DNA from: Macrostomum hystrix
Taxonomy: Eukaryota; Animalia; Platyhelminthes
Reading direction: 5' to 3'
Length of the DNA stretch: 64,000 nt
Assembly: GCA_950097015.1 (NCBI GenBank)
Contig: CATNEN010000025.1
Span: 3,658,001 to 3,722,000 of the forward strand
The position numbers and the translations under genes were made by a program. Shown here one piece after another: positions 22,186 through 34,540 of this stretch (positions are counted from its first letter, which is position 1; the number at the start of each line of letters is the position of its first letter). The notes beneath the pieces are model-generated. The model had not been told where the DNA came from. It was given only the letters and a program-made list of their open reading frames with translations, and searched no databases.

Positions 22186-23316
22186 CAGTGGTTCTCAACC
22201 TGTGGGTCGCGACCCCCAGTGGGGTCGCGTGACCATTTTCTGGGGGGTCGCAGAAAAAGGAAAAAGTTTTTGGGTAGGAACTCTTTAGAGATATTAGAGT
22301 AAAACATTTTTAGTAAAACTAAAAGTAAGTCAAAGGCTGTTAGCTATATTGCAATGGCTATAGCACTAGCGGCCTAGCACTCAACTTGAAGTCACAACAC
22401 AAAATATGCACGCAGTCGCAAGCTAAGCCTGTTCTGCTAGATATGGGCTGAGTCACACGACACCACACGACAAGCAAAACAAACTTTCCTTCTGTCTCCC
22501 TTCTACCTTGTTACCCCAGCGAATTTAAAACGAACAATCGCAACTCCTTACCCAGAGGAGGAAATCCTCTCACCAATCTACCCCCACATTCAAACGCATT
22601 CCCGTTCCTTTTGGCTTAGCTGATTGGAGGCACAATATCCTGCTTATGATTAGGGTTAGGATTAGAGAGGCATCTGCTCAGATATTCAATCTCATCTGTT
22701 GTTAATGGCATCGTCTGAAACTCGCCTAAGCGCAGTTATAATGAAGCATTTCTTGAGTTAGGTTTCACAACTGCGAATGAAATATCACAATGTGTTTATC
22801 TGCGAAGTCACATTGTCAAAGGAGTCAATGAAACCAAAAACTCAAGCGCCATCTGCAAACCCAGCACCCTGAAGTTGCGACTAAGCCACGCGAGTATACT
22901 TTGTGGAGAAGTTAAGGCATCAAATTCCATCAGTTGGTATCACTGAACCAGCGTGCACAGGCAGCGTGCACAGGACAGAACAGTGGTGCTGTGAAACGCA
23001 TCCAAGATGTCGCGCCTGACGCTAGCTGGACACTGCTTCATCCATCGTGAAGCACTGGCAGCCAAAGACTTTTTAGTTGACCTCCACGCCGTCTTGACAG
23101 ACGTTCCCGTGGTGAATTTCATCAAAAGCCGACCTCTGAATCATCGACTGTTCACGGCACTGTGCGAGGAAATGGGGGCTGAGCACAGTTCCCTCCTCCA
23201 CACCGAAGTTCCCTGGCTATCGCGTGGTCGCATGCTTATAAAAGGGGTCGCAAACAAACAAAAAAGATGCAAGGGAATAAATTAGGGTCGCCTGAAAAAA
23301 AGGTTGAGAACCGCTG
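22186..23316 (+). mobile_element. Internally deleted hAT element of the Buster/Charlie group
   Basis: TIR CAGTGGTTCTCAACCT / AGGTTGAGAACCGCTG; TSD GCCTAGAG (nnnTAnnn) at 22178-22185 and 23317-23324; degraded transposase motifs HCFIHREALAAK, VVNFIKSRPLNHRLF, HTEVPWLSRG. Confidence 0.92.
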
Positions 23317-23373
23317 GCCTAGAGTACCATTTGAAGCAGGGGTCAAATAATTGACTAAGGCAACCGCACGAAA

Positions 23374-23720
23374 CTCTCCTGTCTCATCTCTCTCCTGTCT
23401 CATCTCTCTCCTGTCTCATCTCTCTCCTGTCTCATCTCTCTCCTGTCTCATCTCTCTTCTGTCTCATCTCTGTCCTGTCTCATCTCTCTCCTGTCTCATC
23501 TCTCTCCTGTCTCATCTCTCACCTTTCGAATCTCTCTCCTGTCTGTTCTCTCTCCTGTCTCATCTCTCTCCTGTCTAATCTCTCACCTGTCTTATCTCTC
23601 ACCTGTCGAATCTCTCACCTGTCTCATCTCTCTCCTGTCTCATCTCTCCCCTGCCACTTCTCTCGATGTCTTATCTCAAACCTCCCTAACTCAGTGATGT
23701 CTTGTCTCACCCCTGTCTCA
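23374..23720. repeat. 16-bp pyrimidine-rich repeat (CTGTCTCATCTCTCTC), degenerating rightwards
   Basis: Directly visible. Confidence 0.85.
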
Positions 23721-25449
23721 CTATTTTACCCGCAAGGTGCGAGTACATAACTTTGCGTTCAAGTGTTGATTCTTAGAAAATAGCGAATTTTTAATTGTAT
23801 GATTAATGAATTCGGATATAATCCCTTCTACCAAAATTCAATTAACAGCTTTGGATCCAACAAGGAAATAAAATTCTAATTGCCCCTTTATGAAATAGAT
23901 TTTAAAAGCTGTTTAACGAAACCCATGAATTTCTAGAATCCTTAGGCTTAGTTTTTTTCAAAAGTCGCTGAATTTGAAGTTAGCAGATCCGCAATATGGA
24001 CGTGGGATTTAGATTTTAAGTTCCATTGTAGCCAAAACAGGTTTTAGAGCTAGTCAGTAAAAAATGCAAAACAACAGTAATGAATAATATAGAATGACAG
24101 CTAACATACTTACTAATACTAATAATATCTTAAACAGGAATTCAACCATTGGAGAATATTTTGGTCTTTCGTAACCCCCCCAGCCGCATTATAAACTACT
24201 TTTTGCTCTATAACAAGTTTATCTACTAGTAGTAGCATAAAATTGAAAGAAAATAAAAAATAGTGAGCACAAAAGAACAGACAAATGGCCATAATTACTG
24301 CTGGTTTACAACGATTTACACGAAAATGGCTAGAAGTTTTGTTAAAATGAGCAATCCCAGTATATTAGTACGCGGACACAGACGGTATAGTTACCTATGC
24401 TATTGGACTGAGACATGCTCTTGCGTAGCATTTTCGCATTGAATTTGCTTTGCCGTTGGTTTGTGGTCGTGTTAAAGAGAGTTGCGGACACCGATTGAAG
24501 CTATTGCAGTTGCTCTTTCACAGTTAGTTATTCCTATAGCTTATTAGTAGCATATTGTAGAAAAAAACTAATTGCAACCATATGCAGTACTGTGTGGGAT
24601 GATTTGAGAAGCACGAAGCACTGATAAAAATTATGGAAAAAAAGAAGCGATTAACTAACAAAATAAGCTAGACCAATCATGAAGCTCATTGACATGATTG
24701 TTGCCAAACAGACATATAAGTTTGATTGGCTGATGACTTCGTTGTTGCTATTTTTAGAAAAAGCTTGCGGGGAACCCTCTTTTTTGCACGTGACTGTTAT
24801 CAGCAGCCAATGATAACTATATGATAACTATTTATCAGACCCAGGTGTTTTGTCCTATTCAAAGTTTCCTAGAAATGTTGTTATAAGACTGTGAGTTTAA
24901 TGGAGTGAATTTTAATATGGTAATTTAATTAGCGTCGTTTTAAGAAGGGTAGTTAGCTTGTTTACATTGGAAAATACTATTTTTAAGCGGGCTAGCAAGC
25001 TTTCAGAATTGCAGGATATACACTTACAAAGATATGTCTTATTGCTCAAGATAATTGTATAACAATAAAAAACTATAGATAGCTCGTATAATCTATAATG
25101 ATAATTGTTTAGCTTGTTATCAAATGCTAGATTTTGGACGAGAATAAAACATAAAAACAATAAAAACAAGTTTTTGTATATGTGTTTGCAGAGTTTCATC
25201 TATTGGCATCAAATCAGTGGTCAGTCTAATACATAAAAATCAACAGTATATACATTTTCCCAAGCAACGAGTTCCTATTATCACACTAATTTAGCTACAA
25301 GTCTTCATTTCAAAATAGAAATGAGGAACCACATGACGATGTGGAGCTAAAAGAGCTCTCTCAAACTACTGCACATTAGTTGTAAGTAGCATGTATGGCG
25401 TGCGAGCAAAACCACTCACCAAGCAGCAGATTCGCAGCTCTGATAAATT

Positions 25450-25835
25450 TCAGTAGGGCCTGGCCTCTCCCTTGGGCCGTTTCAGCTGCACCTTCAGCCG
25501 CTTGGTGCCAATCTGGAAGCCGTTCATAGCCTGGATGGCCGCCGCGGCCGAGGCGGAATTGTCGAAGCTGACGAAGCCGAAGCATTTGCTCTGATTGGTT
25601 GCCCGGTCTACGTACACCTTGGCGGAGATCACGGTGCCGAATGGGGCGAACATCTGGGCCAGCTCCGTGTCGCCGAACTCCTGCGGCAGGTGGTAGATGA
25701 ACAGGTTGCAACCGTCGGGACCAGTCAGGATGAACTCCTTGGAGCCGTCCTTGTGCTGAACGGGCATCGTCAGGGCCTGCTGAGTCAGCGAGATGAACGG
25801 ATTGTAGGCCGCGGCCGCTGTCGGATAGGCCGCAG
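25450..25835 (-). CDS. CELF: CELF3-6/UNC-75-type RNA-binding protein, exon G (RRM3, stop)
   Basis: [53 protein letters not shown]; phase-1 acceptor GGCAG| at 25836. Confidence 0.93.
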
Positions 25836-26377
25836 CTGCCAGCGGTTGAGGGAGTGGACGGCGTTTTATTAATTGCGATTGCGACAGATGCAATTCAGTC
25901 TACTGACTAAAGTAGAGATGTAAAGACATGAACTGTAAATTCTTTCGCGTTGCACTAAAAACGCACTAAAAAATTATAAAGATTGTAATTTTAATGCCTA
26001 ATTATAATTTTGTAGTTAGTGTAGATTTTGAATACTGCAGCCAAGGACCAGTATACTGAAATAGAGTGTATTAGCATTAGTATCAATTAACAAAGTTTAT
26101 TAACATAAATAACTTCGGAAAAGCATTTCTATGAATAACTTGAACGCACCTATGCCGCTGTATGGATTCATCGCGGACGAGTACATCTGCTGCAGAGGAT
26201 CGGCTGAAAGGATGGAGTTTGTTGCAACATGCACTTGATGAAAAACTGCTTTGTTCACTATTGTTGCTAATGGAGATCTGGAAACTATTACTGGAGTTTA
26301 TTTGTTTTTTTAAACTGATTTTACAGGCCACAGTGACTACTGAGGATAAAGAGGGCAGCCACCGATAATTTAGGGGG

Positions 26378-26725
26378 ATGCTACCATAGATTTGGGGCTA
26401 CCAACGTGGATTGGGAGGCGGCCACCGTGGATTTGGGGAGGCAGCCACCGTGGATTTGGGGAGGCGGCCACCGTGGATTTGGGGGGCCAGCCACAGTGGA
26501 TTTGGGGGGGCAGCCACCGTGGATTTGGGGGCAGCCACCGTGGATTTGGGGAGGCAGCCACCGGGGATTTGGGGACAGCCACCGTGTATTCGAGGGGCAG
26601 CCACCGTGGATTTGGGGGGCAGCCACCGTGGATTTGGGGGGCCAGCCACCGTGGATTTGGGGAGGCAGCCACCGTGGATTTGGGGAGGCGGCCACAGTGG
26701 ATTTGGGGGGCAGCCGCAGTGGATT
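26378..26725. repeat. G-rich minisatellite of about 23 bp (GGCAGCCACCGTGGATTTGGGGA)
   Basis: Directly visible; the multiple overlapping ORFs here are repeat artefacts. Confidence 0.9.
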
Positions 26726-26952
26726 AAAGAATCATCGATCATCCGATTGAGTGGTGGGTGGGATCTCCCAGTCTACGCCCCTGAGCTTTTCATTCCTCAT
26801 TCATTTTCCTCACATCATCTTGATCAGACAATCCACAGGATAAAGTGTTCCCACACGGCTCCCATCGGTAAATTGCTCTCGGAAAATCGACTCTGAGCAG
26901 TTGATCATAATTAGGTCTCAACACGCCAATAATCAATGGCGGAAGCGCTCAC

Positions 26953-27394
26953 CTGCGCCGTTCATGTAGGGACTCGGAATGCCACTGGCCGCGTACAGAG
27001 CGGCTGCCTCGGCCGCTGCAGCTGCTGCAGCCACCGCCGAGTGACTCACACCGCCGCCGCCGCCGCTGCCGCCGCCGTTGCCGCCGGTTCCGCCTCCGCC
27101 GGCGGCGCCTCCGCCAGACCCGCTGACGCCGTTCAGGCCGGCTCCGCCGCCGCCTCCGATTGCAGACGTTGAGCCAAGCATCGCCACCGTCAGCTGCGAC
27201 GTTGTCTGAGCGCCGCCAGACGATGAGGCGACGACCGCGGCGGCGGCAGCGGCTGCGGCTAAACTGCTCAGGCTCGAGTGCTGCTGCTGGGGCGGCGGCT
27301 GAGGCTGCGAATGGGCTGAAGCTACAGCGCCTCCCTGAAGCTGAAGCGCCAGGGCAGCCACTGGATTGACGTAGCCGGAGGTTGGGGTCAGGCT
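26953..27394 (-). CDS. CELF: CELF exon F (Ala/Gly/Gln-rich divergent domain)
   Basis: Acceptor TTTCCAG| at 27395, donor GCAG|GTGAGC at 26952; 442 nt, phase 0 to 1. Confidence 0.8.
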
Positions 27395-27464
27395 CTGGAA
27401 AGGGGCGATAATTACGCTGAACAACTTGCAGCTGTCTGCGCACTTTTTATAATCAAATTGAAAA

Positions 27465-27700
27465 AATAACAATAATACAATAACTGGTTACACCTGCCCC
27501 AACTGAGCCAGATGTGCAGCCGACAGCCACATCCACCCTCAATTACCCCCAGCTGCTGCTGGTACCCATTTAACAGCTGGTTGAAGTGAAGCGATGACGA
27601 GTTAAGTGTCTTGCTAAAATAAAAAAAGATTTTAGTGGGGCCAGGAATCGAACCCTTGATCTTCAAGTCGAGATTCAGGTGCTCAAACCACAAGGCTACC
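27465..27700 (-). mobile_element. tRNA-derived SINE, internally deleted copy
   Basis: Box A TAGCCTTGTGGTTTGAGC, box B GGTTCGATTCC, body TTAGCAAGACACTTAAC..CCAGCTGTTAAATGG..GCTGTCGGCTGCACATC..GGGGCAGGTGTAA, ATT-rich tail; matches the copy at 37087. Confidence 0.8.
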
Positions 27701-28389
27701 CACCCGCTTGGTTCCTACAAAGTTAGTTATTTTACCTACCAGGCTGAGACTTGGCAGGAAGATGTAGCCAAATGAGCTGTTAATCCCAGCAGTGGCTGCG
27801 TTGTGGTCATTTATACTCCTGCTGCCGCCACAGTCGCCAATCAATTCGGCTGCCTGATTGTCTATGGCACTCATTTTCTAGGAAACTTCAGTTGGAATTC
27901 TCAGTGAATGCACTGGCTATACTGGGAAGATCTGCGCACTCGAAGTTAAGTCAGACCCAGTTTTTATCTGCAGTGTAACGAGACCCACCGTTTCAATCGA
28001 TTTTATAATTTAGCACCAAAAAATTATAGTTTGCTTTTGAGAACAGTACGAAGTTTAGGCCGGAAAACAGAGCAACAAGTCTGAGCGCCATTTCAGACAA
28101 ACCTTGAGGAGCTTCTGTTCGGAATTCCAGAATAATCTACTCACAAGGGGAGGCCTGTGGGAAAAGGCCAACACAGAATTGTAATAGTTTCTACAAAAAA
28201 AAATTTACGCTATCGAAAATATCCAGATCAAAGTCAATAGACGAAGTGTAGCTTGGGAATCACTAGCTATACTGATTTCATTATAATTTCTCTTTTTGTT
28301 TGAATTGCAGGTAGAATTAAGTGAAAATTAAAATCAGTTCGGTCATTATTTTAGATAGCCATTTTTTCTACTATAATCAAAGACCTCAC

Positions 28390-28512
28390 CTGGCCTATTG
28401 AGGTGACGCCTGTGTTGATGAGGCCCAGCGGACCGACCATCTGCTGCAGCTTGCGCAACTGGCGCTCCTTCTCATTGTCGGCGAACTTCACCACAATGGA
28501 ACTGCTGGCTCC
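28390..28512 (-). CDS. CELF: CELF exon E (end of RRM2)
   Basis: [25 protein letters not shown]; acceptor CCGCAG| at 28513, donor CAG|GTGAGG at 28389. Confidence 0.93.
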
Positions 28513-28540
28513 CTGCGGTGAAAGATTGCGATTTGGGAGT

Positions 28541-28780
28541 CACCTGTTAGACTGTTAAGTCACCTGTTAGACTGTTAAGTCACCTGTTAGACTGTTAAGT
28601 CACCTGTTAGACTGTTAAGTCACCTGTTAGACTGTTAAGTCACCTGTTAGACTGTTAAGTCACCTGTTAGACTGTTAAGTCACCTGTTAGACTGTTAAGT
28701 CACCTGTTAGACTGTTAAGTCACCTGTTAGACTGAGAGGTCACCTGTTAGACTGTGAAGTCACCTGTTAGACTGAGAGGT
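28541..28780. repeat. 20-bp minisatellite (CACCTGTTAGACTGTTAAGT), 12 copies
   Basis: Directly visible; ends about 27 nt from the exon E acceptor. Confidence 0.97.
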
Positions 28781-29424
28781 TAGGCAGCCAAAGTGGCCAC
28801 TTAATAGACCACTCAAGTACTCGTAGGCGAGCGAGTGTGCCTAGTTGCAAGAAGTGACATTTGACACCGGGGACGTTACTATGGACGCAGGCAGATAAAG
28901 CTGGAAACACAAGACTATCAAGCGAAGAAAGCGACCAATAGAATTAGTTTAAGGCCGCACAAAGAGGAGATTCTGGTCTAGGAGATAGCTGCACTCCCCA
29001 TTCCAGACCAACCTCTTGTATTTCCCTTGCAGGACCTAATCTCCCAGATGCCACACCCTAAAATATTGGCTGCCCTTCGCCAAATACATGACAGTCAATA
29101 CACCGTGCTTTCTCTCATATTTCTCTCTCTCGTGTGTACGTGTGTGTGTGTGTGACCTCACATTTGTTCACTTAGTTAATGGATTAGGATAGTAAGCGAT
29201 AAGCGACAAAGTGAGGAATGACAGCAACGACTAATAAAGATGAGAGAAAGCATTGATTCATGCTGAACCTCTAGAGTCCATCTCATTCCAAATCTCTTTG
29301 AGCATCTCCCGCCTAGTTTCTTGTCTGTGGTGCATGATTGGCCGCCGCATGAGTCGAATAAATTTTCTGCGACCTTGTCTCTCCCGGAATTTCATTTATA
29401 ATCATGCTATAATATGCTACAGTA

Positions 29425-30947
29425 TCAGAGAGCCTCACCCAATGAGCCTTGTATCACAGCAATGCCCTACACCATCACAGAGCCTCAACCAATGAGCCTT
29501 GTATCTCAGCAATGCCCTACACCATCACAGAGCCTCAACCAATGAGCCTTGTATCACAGCAATGCCCTACACCATCACAGAGCCTCAACCAATGAGCCTT
29601 GTATCTCAGCAATGCCCTACACCATCACAGAGCCTCACCCAATGAGCCTTGTATCTCAGCAATGCCCTACACCATCACAGAGCCTCACCCAATGAGCCTT
29701 GTATCACAGCAATGCCCTACACCATCACAGAGCCTCAACCAATGAGCCTTGTATCACAGCAATGCCCTACACCATCACAGAGCCTCAACCAATGAGCCTT
29801 GTATCTCAGCAATGCCCTACACCATCACAGAGCCTCAACCAATGAGCCTTGTATCTCAGCAATGCCCTACACCATCACAGAGCCTCACCCAATGAGCCTT
29901 GTATCTCAGCAATGCCCTACACCATCACAGAGCCTCAACCAATGAGCCTTGTATCTCAGCAATGCCCTACACTATCACAGAGCCTCACCCAATGAGCCTT
30001 GTATCACAGCAATGCCCTACACCATCACAGAGCCTCAACCAATGAGCCTTGTATCACAGCAATGCCCTACACCATCACAGAGCCTCAACCAATGAGCCTC
30101 GTATCTCAGCAATGCCCTACACCATCACAGAGCCTCAACCAATGAGCCTTGTATCTCAGCAATGCCCTACACCATCACAGAGCCTCACCCAATGAGCCTT
30201 GTATCTCAGCAATGCCCTACACCATCACAGAGCCTCAACCAATGAGCCTTGTATCACAGCAATGCCCTACACCATCACAGAGCCTCACCCAATGAGCCTT
30301 GTATCACAGCAATGCCCTACACCATCACAGAGCCTCAACCAATGAGCCTTGTATCACAGCAATGCCCTACACCATCACAGAGCCTCACCCAATGAGCCTT
30401 GTATCACAGCAATGCCCTACACCATCACAGAGCCTCAACCAATGAGCCTTGTATCACAGCAATGCCCTACACCATCACAGAGCCTCACCCAATGAGCCTT
30501 GTATCACAGCAATGCCCTACACCATCACAGAGCCTCAACCAATGAGCCTTGTATCACAGCAATGCCCTACCCCATCACAGAGCCTCAACCAATGAGCCTT
30601 GTATCTCAGCAATGCCCTACACCATCACAGAGCCTCAACCAATGAGCCTTGTATCACAGCAATGCCCTACCCCATCACAGAGCCTCAACCAATGAGCCTT
30701 GTATCACAGCAATGCCCTACACCATCACAGAGCCTCACCCAATGAGCCTTGTATCACAGCAATGCCCTACACCATCACAGAGCCTCAACCAATGAGCCTT
30801 GTATCTCAGCAATGCCCTACACCATCACAGAGCCTCAACCAATGAGCCTTGTATCACAGCAATGCCCTACACCATCACAGAGCCTCACCCAATGAGCCTT
30901 GTATCACAGCAATGCCCTACACCATCACAGAGCCTCAACCAATGAGC
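29425..30947. repeat. 50-bp tandem array (AGCCTCAACCAATGAGCCTTGTATCACAGCAATGCCCTACACCATCACAG), about 30 copies
   Basis: Directly visible; abuts the exon D donor (10 nt). Confidence 0.97.
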
Positions 30948-30958
30948 AGGGCACTCAC

Positions 30959-31167
30959 CGCCATAGTCTGACTGCCGTGCAAGTTGTTGATGGCATTCTG
31001 CGCCTCACTATGCGCGCTGTATTTGACGAACGCGCAGCCCTTGCTGTTGCCTGCCTGGTCACGCAGAATTGTGCACTCCTCTATACGGCCGTAGGGCTCA
31101 AACAGGCGACGAATGTCATCTTCTGACTGCTGCTTGGACAGCATGCCGACAAACAGCTTGCGGTCGT
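30959..31167 (-). CDS. CELF: CELF exon D (RRM2)
   Basis: [42 protein letters not shown]; acceptor TTTCCAG| at 31168, donor GCG|GTGAGT at 30958. Confidence 0.95.
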
Positions 31168-31291
31168 CTGGAAAATTTTAATCACCAATAGATTCGGAGT
31201 CTTGAACAACATTGGCGATAAATTGGAATTGAGATGCTTGGCGTTCATTTGGTTTGGTTTTTGTCATAAGCACTTCAGAAGAAACTCAGTG

Positions 31292-31884
31292 GCTTCAGTC
31301 ACTGTCACACAGATTCTAGAGTTGCAGCTTCAGTCACTGTCACACAGATTCTAGAGTTGTAGCTTCAGTCACTGTTACACAGATTCTAGAGTTGCAGCTT
31401 CAGTCACTGTCACACAGATTCTAGAGTTGCAGCTTCAGTCACTGTCACACAGATTCTAGAGTTGCAGCTTCAGTCACTGTCACACAGATTCTAGAGTTGC
31501 AGCTTCAGTCACTGTCACACAGATTCTAGAGTTGTAGCTTCAGTCACTGTCACACAGATTCTAGAGTTGCAGCTTCAGTCACTGTCACACAGATTCTAGA
31601 GTTGTAGCTTCAGTCACTGTCACACAGATTCTAGAGTTGCAGCTTCAATCACTGTCACACAGATTCTAGAGTTGCAGCTTCAGTCACTGTCACACAGATT
31701 CTAGAGTTGCAGCTTCAGTCACTGTCACACAGATTCTAGAGTTGCAGCTTCAGTCACTGTCACACAGATTCTAGAGTTGCAGCTTCAGTCACTGTCACAC
31801 AGATTCTAGAGTTGCAGCTTCAGTCACTGTCACACAGATGCTAGAGTTGCAGCTTCAGTCACTGTCACACAGATTCTAGAGTTG
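31292..31884. repeat. 35-bp tandem array (GCTTCAGTCACTGTCACACAGATTCTAGAGTTGCA), about 17 copies
   Basis: Period 35 (GCTTC at 31327, 31362). Confidence 0.97.
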
Positions 31885-32679
31885 ATGTCTCGCGAGACAT
31901 TCTCAGGGTCAGGCGTGTTCTCAAACATCAAATTTAATGGCCTCGAGTGCAGCCAGTGACAAATTCCAAGCATCCGGTAGTTTGAGAGTAAATCTTGCAG
32001 TCTTCCCAAGATAGGAAATTGTTCTACACGGAAAGTCGAAGAACTCATAAACATTCGCAAGTGAATTTCCCGATTTTGAAGGCGAGATCCTTCCTGCCTG
32101 TTCGCCGCCTAATTCTGGGATTAGCGAGTTCAGCTGACTGGGAGCAGGCACGCACTGGGAACGCAGTGAAAGCAGCTTAATTTGGTGTCCCCCGTGCCGA
32201 CTCGAAATTAGGGACAAATTCCTAATGCAACGAGTCCCTGAGACACAGACCTTGATTCGTTTGTGTCTAATTTCGCTCCAACTGAAAGCGTAACTATATA
32301 CACAAATATATAGTACTTGAGCACCCCTGTATGCTAGCCTAATCCTAAAGCCGCTCCATTTTCACTTCATCTGACTGCTCATTCAAGCTTGGATCAGACT
32401 AGCTTTACGAGTACAAAACTTCCCCTTCATCGACTCAATCCAAACTACTTTTCCATCATAGCCGAGTTGTGTGTCTAAGCAAACTGTATCGAAGTTTTGT
32501 CTAGAAAGATGTGTGTGCCTAGAAACAACGATATTTTTGCTTAAGTTCTGGATTTTCATAGATTTGGTTGAATATTTTGGGGTATTACGAGCTTATATAA
32601 AGACTAAAAATACACACGTTGTCTACTGTTATTGCGTGAACTGAAGCTGTGTATTCGCCTGGAGCTGGCGAGTACTCAC

Positions 32680-32971
32680 CCTCGTGACCTGGCAGGTGGG
32701 CCAGCTGAAATTGGATTAGCTTCACCTTGTCTGCGTTACAATGCGGAGTCGGCGTGCCTTCAAACTTACACAATTCACCACCGCCACTGCCACCAAACTG
32801 GTTAACCTGCTGCTGCTGCTGCTGCTGCTGTTGCAGTTGTCCAATAAAGTCTGCCGCCTTCGACATCTCAGCCTCCGTCATGCCGTGCTCAATCAGCATG
32901 GCGAGGTCGCCGCCGCTCAGTAGATCAGCCACCCTGACTCGCTCCGAGAACTTAATATTAGTAGTTTCCAC
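32680..32971 (-). CDS. Candidate alternative (probably first) CELF exon with poly-Gln
   Basis: Open frame with Q9; donor GAGG|GTGAGT at 32679 is phase 1, matching the exon D acceptor. The 5' boundary is undetermined. Confidence 0.45.
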
Positions 32972-34540
32972 TCGCCAGTGTCATGGATGACTCCACTGGT
33001 TGTATATGCTCTCTCTCCTCTGGCTTGCTATTTCCTCCCTGTTTGTGCTTGCATATCCCGCCAATATATCCTTCTTTGTGCTTCTCTCCTTCTCATCCTC
33101 CTCGATGCGAGTTGGCATGTACTCACTGAACTCACTGTACTCACTGCCCCCACCCCAACCTCACTGCCCAAACATGCGGATCTGGATCAGCTTTGGTTTC
33201 ATTAAGCTCAGTCTCCCACCCTTGCATCCCCAAATCCCCCTGTTTCTTCCCAAGCCAATACCAGGGCCTCCCAAAGCAGAGTCTCTTCATCCCAGCTTCA
33301 GCACGGCAAGCCCAACAAAAGCCAATCAATAAGGAGGATGGGGAACTGGGCCGGGGGGAGAATTCCCCTTTCTATCCATGCGCATCTGTGCTTGAAAGAT
33401 CCCAATGGGATCTGCAGAGTGAGCAGGCCCTCTCTCTCTTCAACTTCTCTATCCCCATCTGGGCTAATCCACAAATAGACCAACACTGGGCAGGAGTTTC
33501 AGGAACCCCTCCAGCTGGCCAAGCCGATGCAGTCGAGGCACTCGCTCATTGTGTGCAGAATTTATTCAGCCGATTACTAAGCCAAACCAATTATTATTAT
33601 TTCATACTCAAAGGTCCCAATTTTCAGAACCGCTCGCTATTCCTAGTCTAACAGCTGGGATCCTGGGGATAAGGGATGAGATGTGGATATGGGATCTCTG
33701 ACCCAGCTAATCCACAGAGCCCAACGCTTGAGTCGAATGCTGCACGGGGATGCATTTGCCCGAGACGGGAGAGGAAGAGAGAAATGAGGGGAGAAGGGGA
33801 AAGGCAGAGTTGAAAGGGACGCAGGCCGAGCTGCGGAGACGCCCCGGTCCGATTTTTTTTGACAAGTCGAATCCATCCCCCAATCCCCATAGCCCCTCCT
33901 CTAACTCCTTTTCTAGCCGTGTTGCCAGACCATTTTTTAACGAACGCTCTCCCTCCACTGTAGATGCAATGTTCCCAAAGCTGATTGGGAAGGCAGCCAT
34001 GTCCAGCCATATGGCCGGCAAATAAGGCGATATTGAGAAGCCCAGGGTTCTCAAGCAGTCATGTGTGTGAGGGTGTTCGCTCCTCACGTCACCGATATGA
34101 GCTGTGAATTCTCCCAGCTACCCAATAATCCCCCTGCTATACGCTATTCTATTATTTCTATTCAGATCTTTTTCACTTCAGTTCAGAAAACAGTATCTTC
34201 AGCGATGCCTTGTTGGGTAGGATTTGGGAATCCGGTTGTCGCAGAGGACTCACAGACGTGTGCCAGTCTCCCAGAGGATTACGATGAAGGCGGCGGCCAT
34301 TATAAAGGGACACCTTGATACAGGCATTTGGAAATGAATTTCATTTCACTCCTAGATCATGTTCGATTCTCAGTTATTATCTCTTCTCAGACATGAAATT
34401 AATCACCTTCTTTAACACGCCCACGAATTTAATTACGAATTTCAGACAACATTCCACACAGCTTAGCAGCTCCATTATCTAGCTCATTGGCGTGCGTTGG
34501 TTCATTCACTCATACGCTGGTACTAACTCGCTGGATACCA

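Noticed and set aside
27547-27576. 30-nt in-frame micro-exon LLNGYQQQLG with AG/GT borders
   Set aside because: It lies within the body of the SINE (same sequence at about 37220), so it is most likely coincidental; exonisation would need junction reads.
33000-34480. Cluster of overlapping ORFs suggesting a retroelement remnant
   Set aside because: No RT, integrase or gag motifs and no LTR pair seen; CAGGGTTCTCA at about 34043 has no inverted partner.
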